Of a stretch of 62,310 nt of DNA, positions 9,742-18,171 are shown piece after piece. The stretch lies in IMG/VR virus record IMGVR_UViG_3300033148_005414, positions 1 through 62,310 of that record. One strand, written 5' to 3'. Origin of the DNA: a virus (taxonomy: Duplodnaviria > Caudoviricetes). Each line of letters starts with the position of its first letter. The stretch's first letter is position 1. The translations under genes were made by a program, and so were the position numbers. The notes under the pieces were generated by a model. The model was not told where the DNA came from. It did not search any database and saw only the letters and a program-made list of their open reading frames with translations.

Positions 9742-9899
9742 TATTTTTTATTCTGCTTTAATGGACCTTTGAGGGTTTTATCGTTAATCATACAGATCCG
9801 GCGATAATGTCCTTCTGGCACCTCAAAATGTTTATTTTTGCCTGTTATTGTACGAACTTCCCCGCCACGACGGACGCATTTTAAAAAAGATTTACTCAT
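9741..9899 (-). CDS. Small basic hypothetical protein (52 aa, below ORF-track cutoff)
   Basis: MSKSFLKCVRRGGEVRTITG...; fills the gap exactly, with ATGA and TAATG coupling on either side. Confidence 0.6.
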   Translation of the reverse strand: MSKSFLKCVRRGGEVRTITGKNKHFEVPEGHYRRICMINDKTLKGPLKQNKK

Positions 9900-10336
9900 T
9901 TGAAATTTTCCATAGCATATAAGTCGCTCATTTTAGCATGTAAACCTAGATGGTATCCTGTTTTACAAATAAGTAGATTTTGATTTCGATTGTCCAAAGG
10001 GTTGCAATTAATGTGATGGACACATTCGCCCTTCTTTAGTTTTCGGCCTAAAACCTTTTCCGCTTTTATTACATGCTCGGCGCGTAGGACCCCATCGTCA
10101 TCCCTAACATAATTATGTGAATAGCGAGAGCCATCATATTTAACTCGCTTATAAGTATGGATAAAAGAATAATCTTCTGGTTTATTGTTTCTTCTTGGTT
10201 TATTTTTATATGCTTGAGCCATGCAATCTTTGCTGCAGTATTTATCTCTTCCATCCTTTTCTCTCGAAGGAACAACATAAATTTCTTTTTCGCAGGCTCC
10301 GCAAGGAATCATTCTTCCAATCTTTTTCCTTCCCAT
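9896..10336 (-). CDS. HNH endonuclease with N-terminal Cys cluster
   Basis: CGAC...YCSKDC; EHVIKAEKVLGR; VHHINCNPLDNRNQNL. Confidence 0.85.
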   Translation of the reverse strand: MGRKKIGRMIPCGACEKEIYVVPSREKDGRDKYCSKDCMAQAYKNKPRRNNKPEDYSFIHTYKRVKYDGSRYSHNYVRDDDGVLRAEHVIKAEKVLGRKLKKGECVHHINCNPLDNRNQNLLICKTGYHLGLHAKMSDLYAMENFK

Positions 10337-10337
10337 T

Positions 10338-10673
10338 TTATTTTCCTATTCCGGGCCAATGCCCTGTTGTTATTAATGTCCAGACTGCAGCAACCACTAA
10401 ACCAAAAGCTATTATCCATTTTGCCGCGACCCCTATCCACCCGAGTACGCGAAAAAATCCTTTAGCGGAGCGAAATATAGCCAGCATTTCGGTGAAATCA
10501 ATAATAAACTGATCCCAGTCGCTTTTCATCTCAGCCACAACCCCCTGATGATCACCAAGCTCTCCTCGGAGTGCTTCTATCTGCATTCCCACTTCAGTTT
10601 CACATTTTTGCAGTTTCTTCATAACGCTCTCCGGAGTATGCTTCCTGCGCTCAGGCTCTTGGCCGCTAGTCAT
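10338..10673 (-). CDS. Coiled-coil protein with C-terminal TM
   Basis: Hydrophobic C-terminus WIGVAAKWIIAFGLVVAAVW. Confidence 0.65.
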   Translation of the reverse strand: MTSGQEPERRKHTPESVMKKLQKCETEVGMQIEALRGELGDHQGVVAEMKSDWDQFIIDFTEMLAIFRSAKGFFRVLGWIGVAAKWIIAFGLVVAAVWTLITTGHWPGIGK

Positions 10674-11262
10674 GATTTAATTCCTTTGGTGGGTTAATGA
10701 CTTTTTCAGGAGGGGTGCTTGGCCCACCCATATCAAAGTTAAAATTAACAACCTGTATATCTATTTCTTTTTTCTCAACCCACATTCCAAGCTCATGGAA
10801 TTTACCAAGCTGAGTCAAAGCTTGGTTCGCCGCCTTTAAATCGGTGCTTTTGCCTTTATGTTTAATAACAGTGCCTTCGTGAAGACCAACAACCATTTCT
10901 TGTTCGACACGACCTAGCCCCATCTCTTTTACTTCAATTAAGTCAAGGAGGATGCTTTCTTGGGTAAGTTTAACAACTTTTTCTAATGCGCGGGTACGGA
11001 AATATAGATAGCGACGGACCTTAGCTCGCTTAAAAAAGCGAGTGGTCCCAGTCGCTTTTGAGGAAACTGTTCTTGGTTTGTAGATTTTAGCGAAGGCAGA
11101 GGTTTGATCCATAAAGCACTCACCAAGGTATTCATCGCAGACTTGCTTTTCTTTTGGTTTAAGCCACCAAGAGGAGTCCATTGGCTCAATAAACTCAGGA
11201 AAAGGGTGCTCCTGAACCATAAGCTCGGTATCGCCAAAAACTGGGACTACTAAATCAACCAT
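10666..11262 (-). CDS. terS: Terminase small subunit (probable)
   Basis: LKPKEKQVCDEYL HTH-like start and DLKAANQALTQLGK..GMWVEKKEI pattern of TerS families. Confidence 0.7.
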   Translation of the reverse strand: MVDLVVPVFGDTELMVQEHPFPEFIEPMDSSWWLKPKEKQVCDEYLGECFMDQTSAFAKIYKPRTVSSKATGTTRFFKRAKVRRYLYFRTRALEKVVKLTQESILLDLIEVKEMGLGRVEQEMVVGLHEGTVIKHKGKSTDLKAANQALTQLGKFHELGMWVEKKEIDIQVVNFNFDMGGPSTPPEKVINPPKELNHD

Positions 11263-11297
11263 GTTAATCGTGCTCTAAAATTAGTTATTAATTATGC

Positions 11298-11567
11298 TTA
11301 TTGCATCATTGATGGCTGCTTATGCTCAACTAGAAAATCAACCTCAATAAAACCTTCCGTTGTCTCTTTGCTTATAGGTTGAATAGCGCCTTGAATTATT
11401 TTCACCATATCAAGTGGTGGTTGTTTGTCAATAAATAAAATAGGAGGAGCTTGCATTAATGACATAAAATGAAGGGCAAGTTTAATCAGTGCATGATCCA
11501 TATTGTCAGCTTCAAACGCTACTTCGCTATCAAGAGTAAACTTCATACAAACTCCATTAATGACCAC
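11298..11567 (-). CDS. Hypothetical protein
   Basis: ORF in operon; probable start MKFTLD at ~11546. Confidence 0.6.
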   Translation of the reverse strand: MVINGVCMKFTLDSEVAFEADNMDHALIKLALHFMSLMQAPPILFIDKQPPLDMVKIIQGAIQPISKETTEGFIEVDFLVEHKQPSMMQ

Positions 11568-11806
11568 TCATTTATGTCTAATGGTAGCCTAGTTGCTCCT
11601 GCTTTGCGAAATTCTATTTGCATCTGCCGCCAGTTTCCAATTTCTTTATTGTATGGCATTGTTACTACAATATAATTATACCCACGCAAACCTTCTAATT
11701 TTTTTGGATCGGTTGCATGAATAAAGCGATCTGGCAATATACCTTTATCTTTGCAGTAATTAATTAAATGCTGATATTCAGCTGCGATAGCTATGATTTT
11801 TTGCAT
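11543..11806 (-). CDS. Hypothetical protein
   Basis: 87-aa ORF, coupled to neighbours. Confidence 0.65.
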   Translation of the reverse strand: MQKIIAIAAEYQHLINYCKDKGILPDRFIHATDPKKLEGLRGYNYIVVTMPYNKEIGNWRQMQIEFRKAGATRLPLDINEWSLMEFV

Positions 11807-11997
11807 TGGTTTTCCAGCCCTCTTAATTCCATCATGCGATCAGTAGCCAGTTCATCAAGAAAACCAATAAAAGCGATTAGTTCTTTTTTATTCATTTCGC
11901 TGACTGGCATACCATGAAGCTTGCACTTTAACCCCATATTATAAAGCTTAGTTAGTTCGGCTTCTGCAGTGGATTCTTTAGTCCTCGCCATAATCAC
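11791..11997 (-). CDS. Hypothetical protein
   Basis: 68-aa ORF, coupled. Confidence 0.6.
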   Translation of the reverse strand: MIMARTKESTAEAELTKLYNMGLKCKLHGMPVSEMNKKELIAFIGFLDELATDRMMELRGLENQCKKS

Positions 11998-12184
11998 CCT
12001 GCTTTTTGATTTTCTTATATAGCCCTTTTCTGGAGTTTGGGTCGTGGCGAACAGTCATATGAGTGACATGCTGGCCAGAATTACCAACTTCCTTAATAGT
12101 CTGTTTTCCTTGCATTAAAACGTCACTTTGCGTGTTTTGACGCAATGAACGTCTTAAAGCCTTCAATTTTTGTGCTTTACCCAT
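11978..12184 (-). CDS. Small basic hypothetical protein
   Basis: 68-aa Lys/Arg-rich ORF, coupled. Confidence 0.6.
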   Translation of the reverse strand: MGKAQKLKALRRSLRQNTQSDVLMQGKQTIKEVGNSGQHVTHMTVRHDPNSRKGLYKKIKKQGDYGED

Positions 12185-12632
12185 TATTCCCCATATTGAC
12201 TCTTATGATTTTAGCCCACTTTATCGCATCTTTGGTATTAATTATAAGAGTGCACTTGTCCGGCTTTTCAAAAATTCGATCAGTATCTAAATACTTTGAG
12301 CTATTTTCAGTATTCATCCATATAGTTAAAAAATCATCCCATTGTCTTTTTGCTCCACGCTGAAACGCAGATCGAGTATTATTAGTGGGGCAAATAAAAT
12401 CAACAACAACATTATTAAGCCTCACCATCCTATTGGCTAACATCCCCATTCGGTATGCTTGCTCTACTCTGGATCCCCTACTAAAATCTAGATCGGTATT
12501 TACATATTCTCGAACCTTGTCAGCGTTTAAGTGTGTTGCGTTAATCTGTTTTGCCAACTCTAATGCCAATGAGGTTTTCCCTGAGCCGGATAACCCGAAA
12601 ATAAGAATTATCTTATTCATATGTATATTCAA
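12177..12632 (-). CDS. cysC: Adenylyl-sulfate (APS) kinase-like P-loop kinase
   Basis: GLSGSGKT P-loop, LNADKVR, DLDFSRGSRVEQ, VVVDFICP, FEKP: CysC signature pattern. Confidence 0.8.
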   Translation of the reverse strand: MNIHMNKIILIFGLSGSGKTSLALELAKQINATHLNADKVREYVNTDLDFSRGSRVEQAYRMGMLANRMVRLNNVVVDFICPTNNTRSAFQRGAKRQWDDFLTIWMNTENSSKYLDTDRIFEKPDKCTLIINTKDAIKWAKIIRVNMGNNG

Positions 12633-13344
12633 AATGCTCGATGAGGCTTTTGTCTTTTTCTGCCACTAAATTGATTAACTCGTCATCATAGTAGTCCCTG
12701 TAATCACCCCTGTCTGATGTGTTTTCTTTTGGCATAGTTAGTAATTTATTTATCTGTGAGTCATCCAAAGTCACGTATTTAGACAATATTCTTACCAAGT
12801 CACTATTAAGATTTTCTGCCCTGCCCCACGTTATTTCTTCTTTATATGGCGCTATAGTATTAACCCGCTTAGAGTAAAAACCATCCTTATTGTTAATTAC
12901 AGCATCAATATCCCCCACACGATGACCTCTCCGCGTGTTCATATATATATCTTTAAGAAATAATTGTTTTATTTCTTCCCCCATTTTCACATCTATATCG
13001 AGTAAATTGATAATAGTTTCCTTGAAGCCCAGCGTATTGTGGTTCGACACTATATCGTAAAAGGAAAATATCTTTGGATCACCCTGATGTTGTGCATCAA
13101 TATAGCTGCGCTTTTGAAAGTGATACCATGAGACATACCAGTCCCAAGGATTTCTAATAAAGGCGAATTTAGGGGTATTTTTAAATTTAAGACCAATTTC
13201 CTTTAAAGGTTTATGGTGAATAGTATTATGTTCGGGTATTTTTAATAGATTTGTCTCACCTAATATGCGTTGAAGCGCATGAACTATACATCTGCCACCA
13301 GTTTTAGGTACGTGCAAAAAGACAAAAGAATCAGTCACAAACAT
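12613..13344 (-). CDS. Sulfotransferase family protein
   Basis: 5'-PSB loop FLHVPKTGG, 3'-PB motif FIRNPWDWYVSWY, C-terminal YRDYYDDE...D...F.Y. Confidence 0.88.
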   Translation of the reverse strand: MFVTDSFVFLHVPKTGGRCIVHALQRILGETNLLKIPEHNTIHHKPLKEIGLKFKNTPKFAFIRNPWDWYVSWYHFQKRSYIDAQHQGDPKIFSFYDIVSNHNTLGFKETIINLLDIDVKMGEEIKQLFLKDIYMNTRRGHRVGDIDAVINNKDGFYSKRVNTIAPYKEEITWGRAENLNSDLVRILSKYVTLDDSQINKLLTMPKENTSDRGDYRDYYDDELINLVAEKDKSLIEHFEYTYE

Positions 13345-13353
13345 TATTTGGCC

Positions 13354-13569
13354 CTAACCAAGTAAAAAGCCCCATTCAAACACTCGCCAGATGGTTGTGC
13401 CGAAGACAGTTAATAAAACGATAACGAAACAAAAGGCTTTTACTTTCTCTCCGTCGGTTTCAACATAATGCCAAGTAAAATAATCATCCATCATTACGAG
13501 AAAGATTAAAATTACTGAAACTATTGAGATTAAGGTCGCAACCCATTGAACAAAAATACCATCAACCAT
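13354..13569 (-). CDS. Small two-TM membrane protein
   Basis: Two hydrophobic helices. Confidence 0.65.
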   Translation of the reverse strand: MVDGIFVQWVATLISIVSVILIFLVMMDDYFTWHYVETDGEKVKAFCFVIVLLTVFGTTIWRVFEWGFLLG

Positions 13570-13904
13570 TATTGGCTCTCCTTTTTAATTTTTTCTTTAA
13601 ATACGAGTGCTCTCATATCTTTAAGGTGGTTTTGCAGTGCGGCAAAAGCGCCTGCACTGCCTGTTCCTTCTGTCGGACGTAGGCCACACCGCCATAATTC
13701 ATCCATTAGATTTTGGGCTTCTTGTATGGAGATCCGTATTATCGGTTCAGTGATAACCGTTCCCGGCTCATAAGCTTTAAATGTTAGTGGTTGAGCAATC
13801 GAGGACCCAACTCCGGTGATGACCTGCCTGCAATACAGTGAGATTCCTTCGGCCCAGTCCTCACGCCTAGCCATAAATTCAAATGGCCTTATGTCCCCAT
13901 CCAT
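13569..13904 (-). CDS. Conserved phage hypothetical protein
   Basis: AQNLMDELWRCGLRP and HLKDMR motifs; coupled. Confidence 0.75.
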   Translation of the reverse strand: MDGDIRPFEFMARREDWAEGISLYCRQVITGVGSSIAQPLTFKAYEPGTVITEPIIRISIQEAQNLMDELWRCGLRPTEGTGSAGAFAALQNHLKDMRALVFKEKIKKESQ

Positions 13905-14200
13905 TAGGTTTCACTTCCTTCATTTTCAGTTAAAAGAACATAACCTTCGTCAAAAGGTCTGGCTGGGGAGTAAGACATGTATCCGTCGTCATACAGCACC
14001 AGAAAACCACCTTTATCGGGCATATGTTGGCGATTCCAATCAGCCGACATACGAGTTTTGTACTTTTCACCGTTAGGTCCCACCATTTCAAGGTCTAAAA
14101 CCCCGTCAACATGGGTTAATAATGTGGTGATTTTTGCTGCAGAAACACATTTAATGCAGCGATAACGCGGCATTTTGTGTTTTAACTCTTTAATTTCCAT
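13904..14200 (-). CDS. Conserved phage hypothetical protein (YxDGYxSxSP motif)
   Basis: ATG 14200 after GAGGAG; GGFLVLYDDGYMSYSPARPFDEGY. Confidence 0.75.
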   Translation of the reverse strand: MEIKELKHKMPRYRCIKCVSAAKITTLLTHVDGVLDLEMVGPNGEKYKTRMSADWNRQHMPDKGGFLVLYDDGYMSYSPARPFDEGYVLLTENEGSET

Positions 14201-14225
14201 AACTCTCCTCTCTCTAAAGAATTTT

Positions 14226-14537
14226 TTAAATTGATGTGGATAAGCGAATGTACGGCTTATTATTGTCTTGAAGCCACTTTTCACGCTGCCATTCCGCAAC
14301 AGCTCGGCCAACCATGCCGTGTTTATTCACGACACCGTGGTTTCCACGCTCAATAGCACGACGAATTTTTGAACCGGAGGGGTTTTGCCTTTGAGCGCGA
14401 CCATAATAGCTGCGAAAATGCTTAGATTGGTTGTGTTGTTTTACTTGTTTGTGGCCAGATGGGCCGAAAACTGCATTTATTGCAGTTGCAATGCTGGCCA
14501 TAAAAGATGATTTAATGCCTTTACTTGTTTTGAACAT
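14226..14537 (-). CDS. Basic hypothetical protein
   Basis: ATG 14537 after GAGGAGAGAGGA. Confidence 0.65.
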   Translation of the reverse strand: MFKTSKGIKSSFMASIATAINAVFGPSGHKQVKQHNQSKHFRSYYGRAQRQNPSGSKIRRAIERGNHGVVNKHGMVGRAVAEWQREKWLQDNNKPYIRLSTSI

Positions 14538-14673
14538 TCCTCTCTCCTCGTTAAAAAGGACCGGCCAGACTACTCTGCAATGAGTATCACTGGCAGTAGT
14601 ATTCAACTAGCGGCCAACACCTAACTACTCTTTTAAAAATTTTATTTTATACCTTACTCGTTAAATTGTAAAG

Positions 14674-14946
14674 CTAACGAGAGGACTTTAATGTATCCTG
14701 ACTCCCTTCAAGATCAAGCGTTTCGTGGGAGCTTTGCCCTGTCTGGGGAGGATTCCCGCCACGAGTCGTATTTAGGCCACCATCACTTATAACTCGCTCA
14801 AGAGCTGACCGTTTATGACGACGTTCTTTTTTTAATTTACCAGACACACTGCCTTCCCCGGCCAGCTCATCTGCTTTACGGGCAATGCTGCGACGTTGTT
14901 TGGATTGCTCGGATTCTTCACCATAAATATTTCTTGCGCCAGCCAT
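14674..14946 (-). CDS. Hypothetical protein
   Basis: AAGGAG RBS; 90 aa, hydrophilic. Confidence 0.7.
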   Translation of the reverse strand: MAGARNIYGEESEQSKQRRSIARKADELAGEGSVSGKLKKERRHKRSALERVISDGGLNTTRGGNPPQTGQSSHETLDLEGSQDTLKSSR

Positions 14947-14966
14947 GTTATTTCTCCTTTTCTGCT

Positions 14967-15374
14967 TTATTTGTACAAAAAAAACGGATGAACGTAAAAA
15001 TAACCCGGCATCCCGATTTTCAGTTTCTTCTCATTCAATAACTCAATAAATCTTGTTTGCTGTTCTTCTGAAAAATGTTGGAAGTAAAATTTATCCATTG
15101 AGGTTTCTTTTGTAACCCAATGGGTGCAATCCTCTGGCCCGGTACAAGAAGAATCGGGTGGGCAAGCACGGTAAGACTGTTTAAATTCTTCGCCACCATT
15201 ATTCCGTAGATAAATTTTATACGATTTATCAGTTGGTCCAACTTCAACTGTCCCCGCTTCAAGACGCTCCATCAGGGTGTCTGGATTAAAACTACCACAT
15301 TTACCGCAGATGGCAGCGTCACCAAAAATAGTGAATTTATAGTTTGGGTGTCCACACTTGTCACAAATCTTCAT
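14967..15374 (-). CDS. Zinc-ribbon hypothetical protein; first gene of the leftward block
   Basis: CDKC...CGKC; KFYFQHFSEEQQTRFIELLN motif. Confidence 0.7.
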   Translation of the reverse strand: MKICDKCGHPNYKFTIFGDAAICGKCGSFNPDTLMERLEAGTVEVGPTDKSYKIYLRNNGGEEFKQSYRACPPDSSCTGPEDCTHWVTKETSMDKFYFQHFSEEQQTRFIELLNEKKLKIGMPGYFYVHPFFLYK

Positions 15375-15446
15375 ACATATTAAATATAGCAAAAAAAGTC
15401 ACTATAGCGAAATATAAAATATTTTTTGGGAAGACCTTAATGCGAC

Positions 15447-15486
15447 TGAGAATGATTCTTATTCATTAATGGGAATGATTCTTATT
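15447..15486. promoter_or_regulatory. Tandem Fur-box-like sites
   Basis: TGAGAATGATTCTTA (15447-15461) and TGGGAATGATTCTTA (15470-15484) resemble the 7-1-7 Fur consensus TGATAATnATTATCA; 14-nt direct repeat at 23-nt spacing. Confidence 0.6.
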
Positions 15487-15845
15487 TAAAAATATATATT
15501 GAAAGGGGTAAGACGGGAGTGTGAGGTGCCTATTGGGGATGCCCAAGTGACATGCGGCCATGTTCTTGCCCCCACCCCCACTCTTTTTTACTGTGAGATT
15601 TTGGGACTCCTATCACTTTTCTTTATCTCCTCATAAATTCCACTGATGCTGGCCATCAAGCCGGTATACCTTTGGTATACCTCACGTCTTCTCATGCCTT
15701 TGTTATAACCCGTATATTCCGGCACTTTTGAGCCGCAGTGTGCTGTAAGTCTGTGTTTCGTGTCCCTTCCGTCTACTTATGGGAGCAAATCCAGCCTGAT
15801 TTGATGATGTATCAATAAAACTAATGAGCTCATAAACACAAACGA

Positions 15846-15875
15846 TTGGCACTTTGAGGAGTTCTCCCCTATTGT
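15846..15875 (+). promoter_or_regulatory. Candidate sigma70 early promoter
   Basis: TTGGCA-N18-TATTGT upstream of the plus-strand early operon. Confidence 0.45.
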
Positions 15876-16119
15876 CTAATCATACCGACGCGCATTCTGG
15901 TGTTGGTTACTGGAACGGCTCAGTATAATCAGTCGGGATGTGGAGAAGTCCAGCATAGCACTGGAATGAAAGCATCGATAAACCAGAGCGCTTTCACCTG
16001 AGAACGCTCTGCTTTATTAACTGGAGTAAACATCATGCTTAATACTAAGAATCTGGGCTATCTGGCGCAGTTAAAGCGCTTGGCAGCTATGTCTAACCCT
16101 AAACGTGAGGTAAACCATC

Positions 16120-16359
16120 ATGAAACTAAGAAAACTAGCAAACAACGTGACAGTGATAGAAACGGACGCTAAAAGCATCTTGATAAGCTATGAAACGCCA
16201 GTAGCAGTGCTTTATCACGGCAATGGCAAGTATGTGAAGACTGAGAAAAAATGGTCTGCCACTACCAGTAAGCACATAAATGCGTGGTTAGGCGGCGCTG
16301 AGGCTAAATTAGAGCCACAATCGTACTTTGATGATATTTTAAATACTGCAAATCTTTAA
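16120..16359 (+). CDS. Conserved phage early protein (SYxTxVA / S-x-TT-x-KH motif)
   Basis: GAGG RBS; ISYETPVA...WSATTSKHINAWL. Confidence 0.8.
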   Translation: MKLRKLANNVTVIETDAKSILISYETPVAVLYHGNGKYVKTEKKWSATTSKHINAWLGGAEAKLEPQSYFDDILNTANL

Positions 16360-16437
16360 TATCCCACGCGCACGAGGAATTTTCCGTGAAAGGCGGGCTT
16401 TCCCCCAAATAAATCGTTATTCCTAAACGATAATCTA

Positions 16438-16456
16438 AATGATAATGATTCTCATT
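16438..16456. promoter_or_regulatory. Fur box
   Basis: AATGATAATGATTCTCATT has one mismatch to AATGATAATnATTATCATT; an extra GATAAT hexamer lies upstream; intergenic, ~30 nt before ATG 16487. Confidence 0.7.
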
Positions 16457-16486
16457 CTTTACACTATTTTATAAGTGAGGTGCAAC

Positions 16487-16888
16487 ATGAATACAGATAG
16501 AGCTCTAATCAGTGCACTACGGGAACGTATAGACATGAAGCAAGCCGTTAGATTCATACGGATACAAGACGATAAGACTAATGATAAAGACGTTATACCT
16601 CTTATACTTCGTTATGAGGCTGTTCATGATACAAAAGGCGTTTTATCAATTAATACAATGGTTGATATCCTGAACAATGACCTATTCGAGATATATACCT
16701 GTAATGATAAGCCAGTTACCTATTGCGATAAATTGCAACCAGCTGGTGCTGTTACAGGCTGGGATATCAAGTGGGTATTAGCTCCTAACCGTGAAGCTAT
16801 TAAACAATATCCATTCTTTGACTGCATTATAACCAAGAATGATAACTCAACCGGTCGAGCGACTGATGCTGAGCTATTCATTCCCTAA
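16487..16888 (+). CDS. Hypothetical early protein
   Basis: ATG 16487 after GAGGTG. Confidence 0.75.
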   Translation: MNTDRALISALRERIDMKQAVRFIRIQDDKTNDKDVIPLILRYEAVHDTKGVLSINTMVDILNNDLFEIYTCNDKPVTYCDKLQPAGAVTGWDIKWVLAPNREAIKQYPFFDCIITKNDNSTGRATDAELFIP

Positions 16889-16889
16889 T

Positions 16890-16952
16890 GTCGAAACTGG
16901 TCTGGAGGCCAGTCTACCAACTTGAGTATGTTGGTACTGATGAGACTACTCA
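16890..16952 (+). ncRNA. Hammerhead ribozyme, type II (HH1), with loop-I pseudoknot
   Basis: gtc-GAAA-ctggtc(tgga)ggccag-TC^-taccaac(ttgagtat)gttggta-CTGATGA-gac. All core nucleotides and stems I-III present; cleavage after C16914; loop TGAGTA pairs with 3' TACTCA. Confidence 0.93.
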
Positions 16953-16970
16953 CTAACTGGAGGTCATCCC

Positions 16971-17399
16971 ATGTCAAAACGATACGCTAAAATAAAGCGG
17001 TCAAGACTTGCAAAAAATGACAATAATAATTGTTCTGTTATTGCTACGTCTATCGCTTGCCGTGTTTCATACTTTAAAGCCCATGCTGCATGCGCTAGCT
17101 CAGGCCGTAAAGATGGCCATGGCTTGAGCAATGAAGGCGTTCTTTTAGCCGCTGAGCGGTTAGGTTGTGAGCTTGCCCCTGTAACTAATAGAAACGGTAA
17201 ACCATTACTTCAAAAGAACGGTTCAAAGTTCACACCCAAAACAATCAGCAAAAGATTGAAGTCTGGGTATTTTCTTTGCTTCGTTCATAGTCATGTTTTC
17301 TCAGTGGTTAATGGTCAAGTCGAAGACTGGACTAATAACAGAGCTCACCACATTTATGAAGTGTGGCGTGTCTCAGTACCAAAGGGATCACGCTCTTAA
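16971..17399 (+). CDS. Early protein with possible papain/C39-like Cys-His-Asp triad
   Basis: GGAGG RBS; NNNCSVIATSIAC...HSHVFSVVNGQVEDW. Confidence 0.7.
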   Translation: MSKRYAKIKRSRLAKNDNNNCSVIATSIACRVSYFKAHAACASSGRKDGHGLSNEGVLLAAERLGCELAPVTNRNGKPLLQKNGSKFTPKTISKRLKSGYFLCFVHSHVFSVVNGQVEDWTNNRAHHIYEVWRVSVPKGSRS

Positions 17400-17498
17400 T
17401 ACCCCTATAAATAAATTCAATTATCAATCTGTGAACTACTGGCCTATTGTTGGTTAGTAGTTCAATAACCACTTAGTCAACTAAGTAAGGAGCACATC

Positions 17499-17768
17499 AT
17501 GCCTACTCAATTCACTGCAATATATAAACCTAAGCCAATTAAGTCTAGCCCGCTTAGGGATGAAGTTTGTCAAACTAGGCCAATTGTAGTTGGCCGTGAC
17601 CGGTCTCAGGCTCGCATCTCAATAGTTGAAGCTAAAGAACTACAATCCCAGCTGTCAATTGCTATCCGTCAAGCCGAACACAATCTAATCGTTACCAAAA
17701 AGGGTGCTGTATTAGAAGAGCACTACATTCATGGCTTCAAATACTTCACTTGCCCTAACCAACATTAA
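17499..17768 (+). CDS. Hypothetical early protein
   Basis: TAAGGAG RBS. Confidence 0.75.
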   Translation: MPTQFTAIYKPKPIKSSPLRDEVCQTRPIVVGRDRSQARISIVEAKELQSQLSIAIRQAEHNLIVTKKGAVLEEHYIHGFKYFTCPNQH

Positions 17769-17771
17769 ACC

Positions 17772-17836
17772 TATCGAAACACGGTTCGAGGCCGTGTCTG
17801 TGTAAGTTGAGAACTTGCATACTGATGAGATAACTC
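17772..17836 (+). ncRNA. Hammerhead ribozyme, type II (HH2)
   Basis: tatc-GAAA-cacggt(tcgag)gccgtg-TC^-tgtgtaagt(tgaga)acttgcata-CTGATGA-gata; cleavage after C17798; loop GAG can pair with 3' CTC. Confidence 0.92.
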
Positions 17837-17869
17837 TTTGAATTATAGAACAAAACAGGAGAAATAACC

Positions 17870-18106
17870 ATGCCAAACTTTGATAGAATTAAGAAATATG
17901 AGCAGGATTTTAATGAAGGTAAAGCCATTGCTATTATCTGGTGTACTGATGATGTTAAACACCGTGCACTTGAATCTAAAATTAAACTTACTGAACAGGA
18001 GTGCATTGATGTTCTCTCAGTGATAAAAAATAACCATGATTGCAATTATGGCCTTACATGGGAGACCATCGATACAGTGGTGGACGATATCGTCAAGGAG
18101 CGGTGA
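17870..18106 (+). CDS. Conserved phage early protein
   Basis: AGGAG RBS; IAIIWCTDDV...HDCNYGLTWETI. Confidence 0.8.
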   Translation: MPNFDRIKKYEQDFNEGKAIAIIWCTDDVKHRALESKIKLTEQECIDVLSVIKNNHDCNYGLTWETIDTVVDDIVKER

Positions 18107-18171
18107 AACAATTTATACCTATGCTTTTAATGATGGGTATATGTGGTTTTACTAAAAGAGAGGTGAATATC

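Noticed and set aside
13904-14200. Anti-Thoeris/anti-CBASS sponge (Tad2/Acb2)
   Set aside because: Only the YxDGYxSxSP domain is present; the hallmark motifs of those sponges are absent
16035-16172. 45-aa ORF MLNTKNLGYLAQLK... after GGAG
   Set aside because: It has a plausible RBS but overlaps gene 16120 by ~50 nt and shows no recognisable motif; too weak to call
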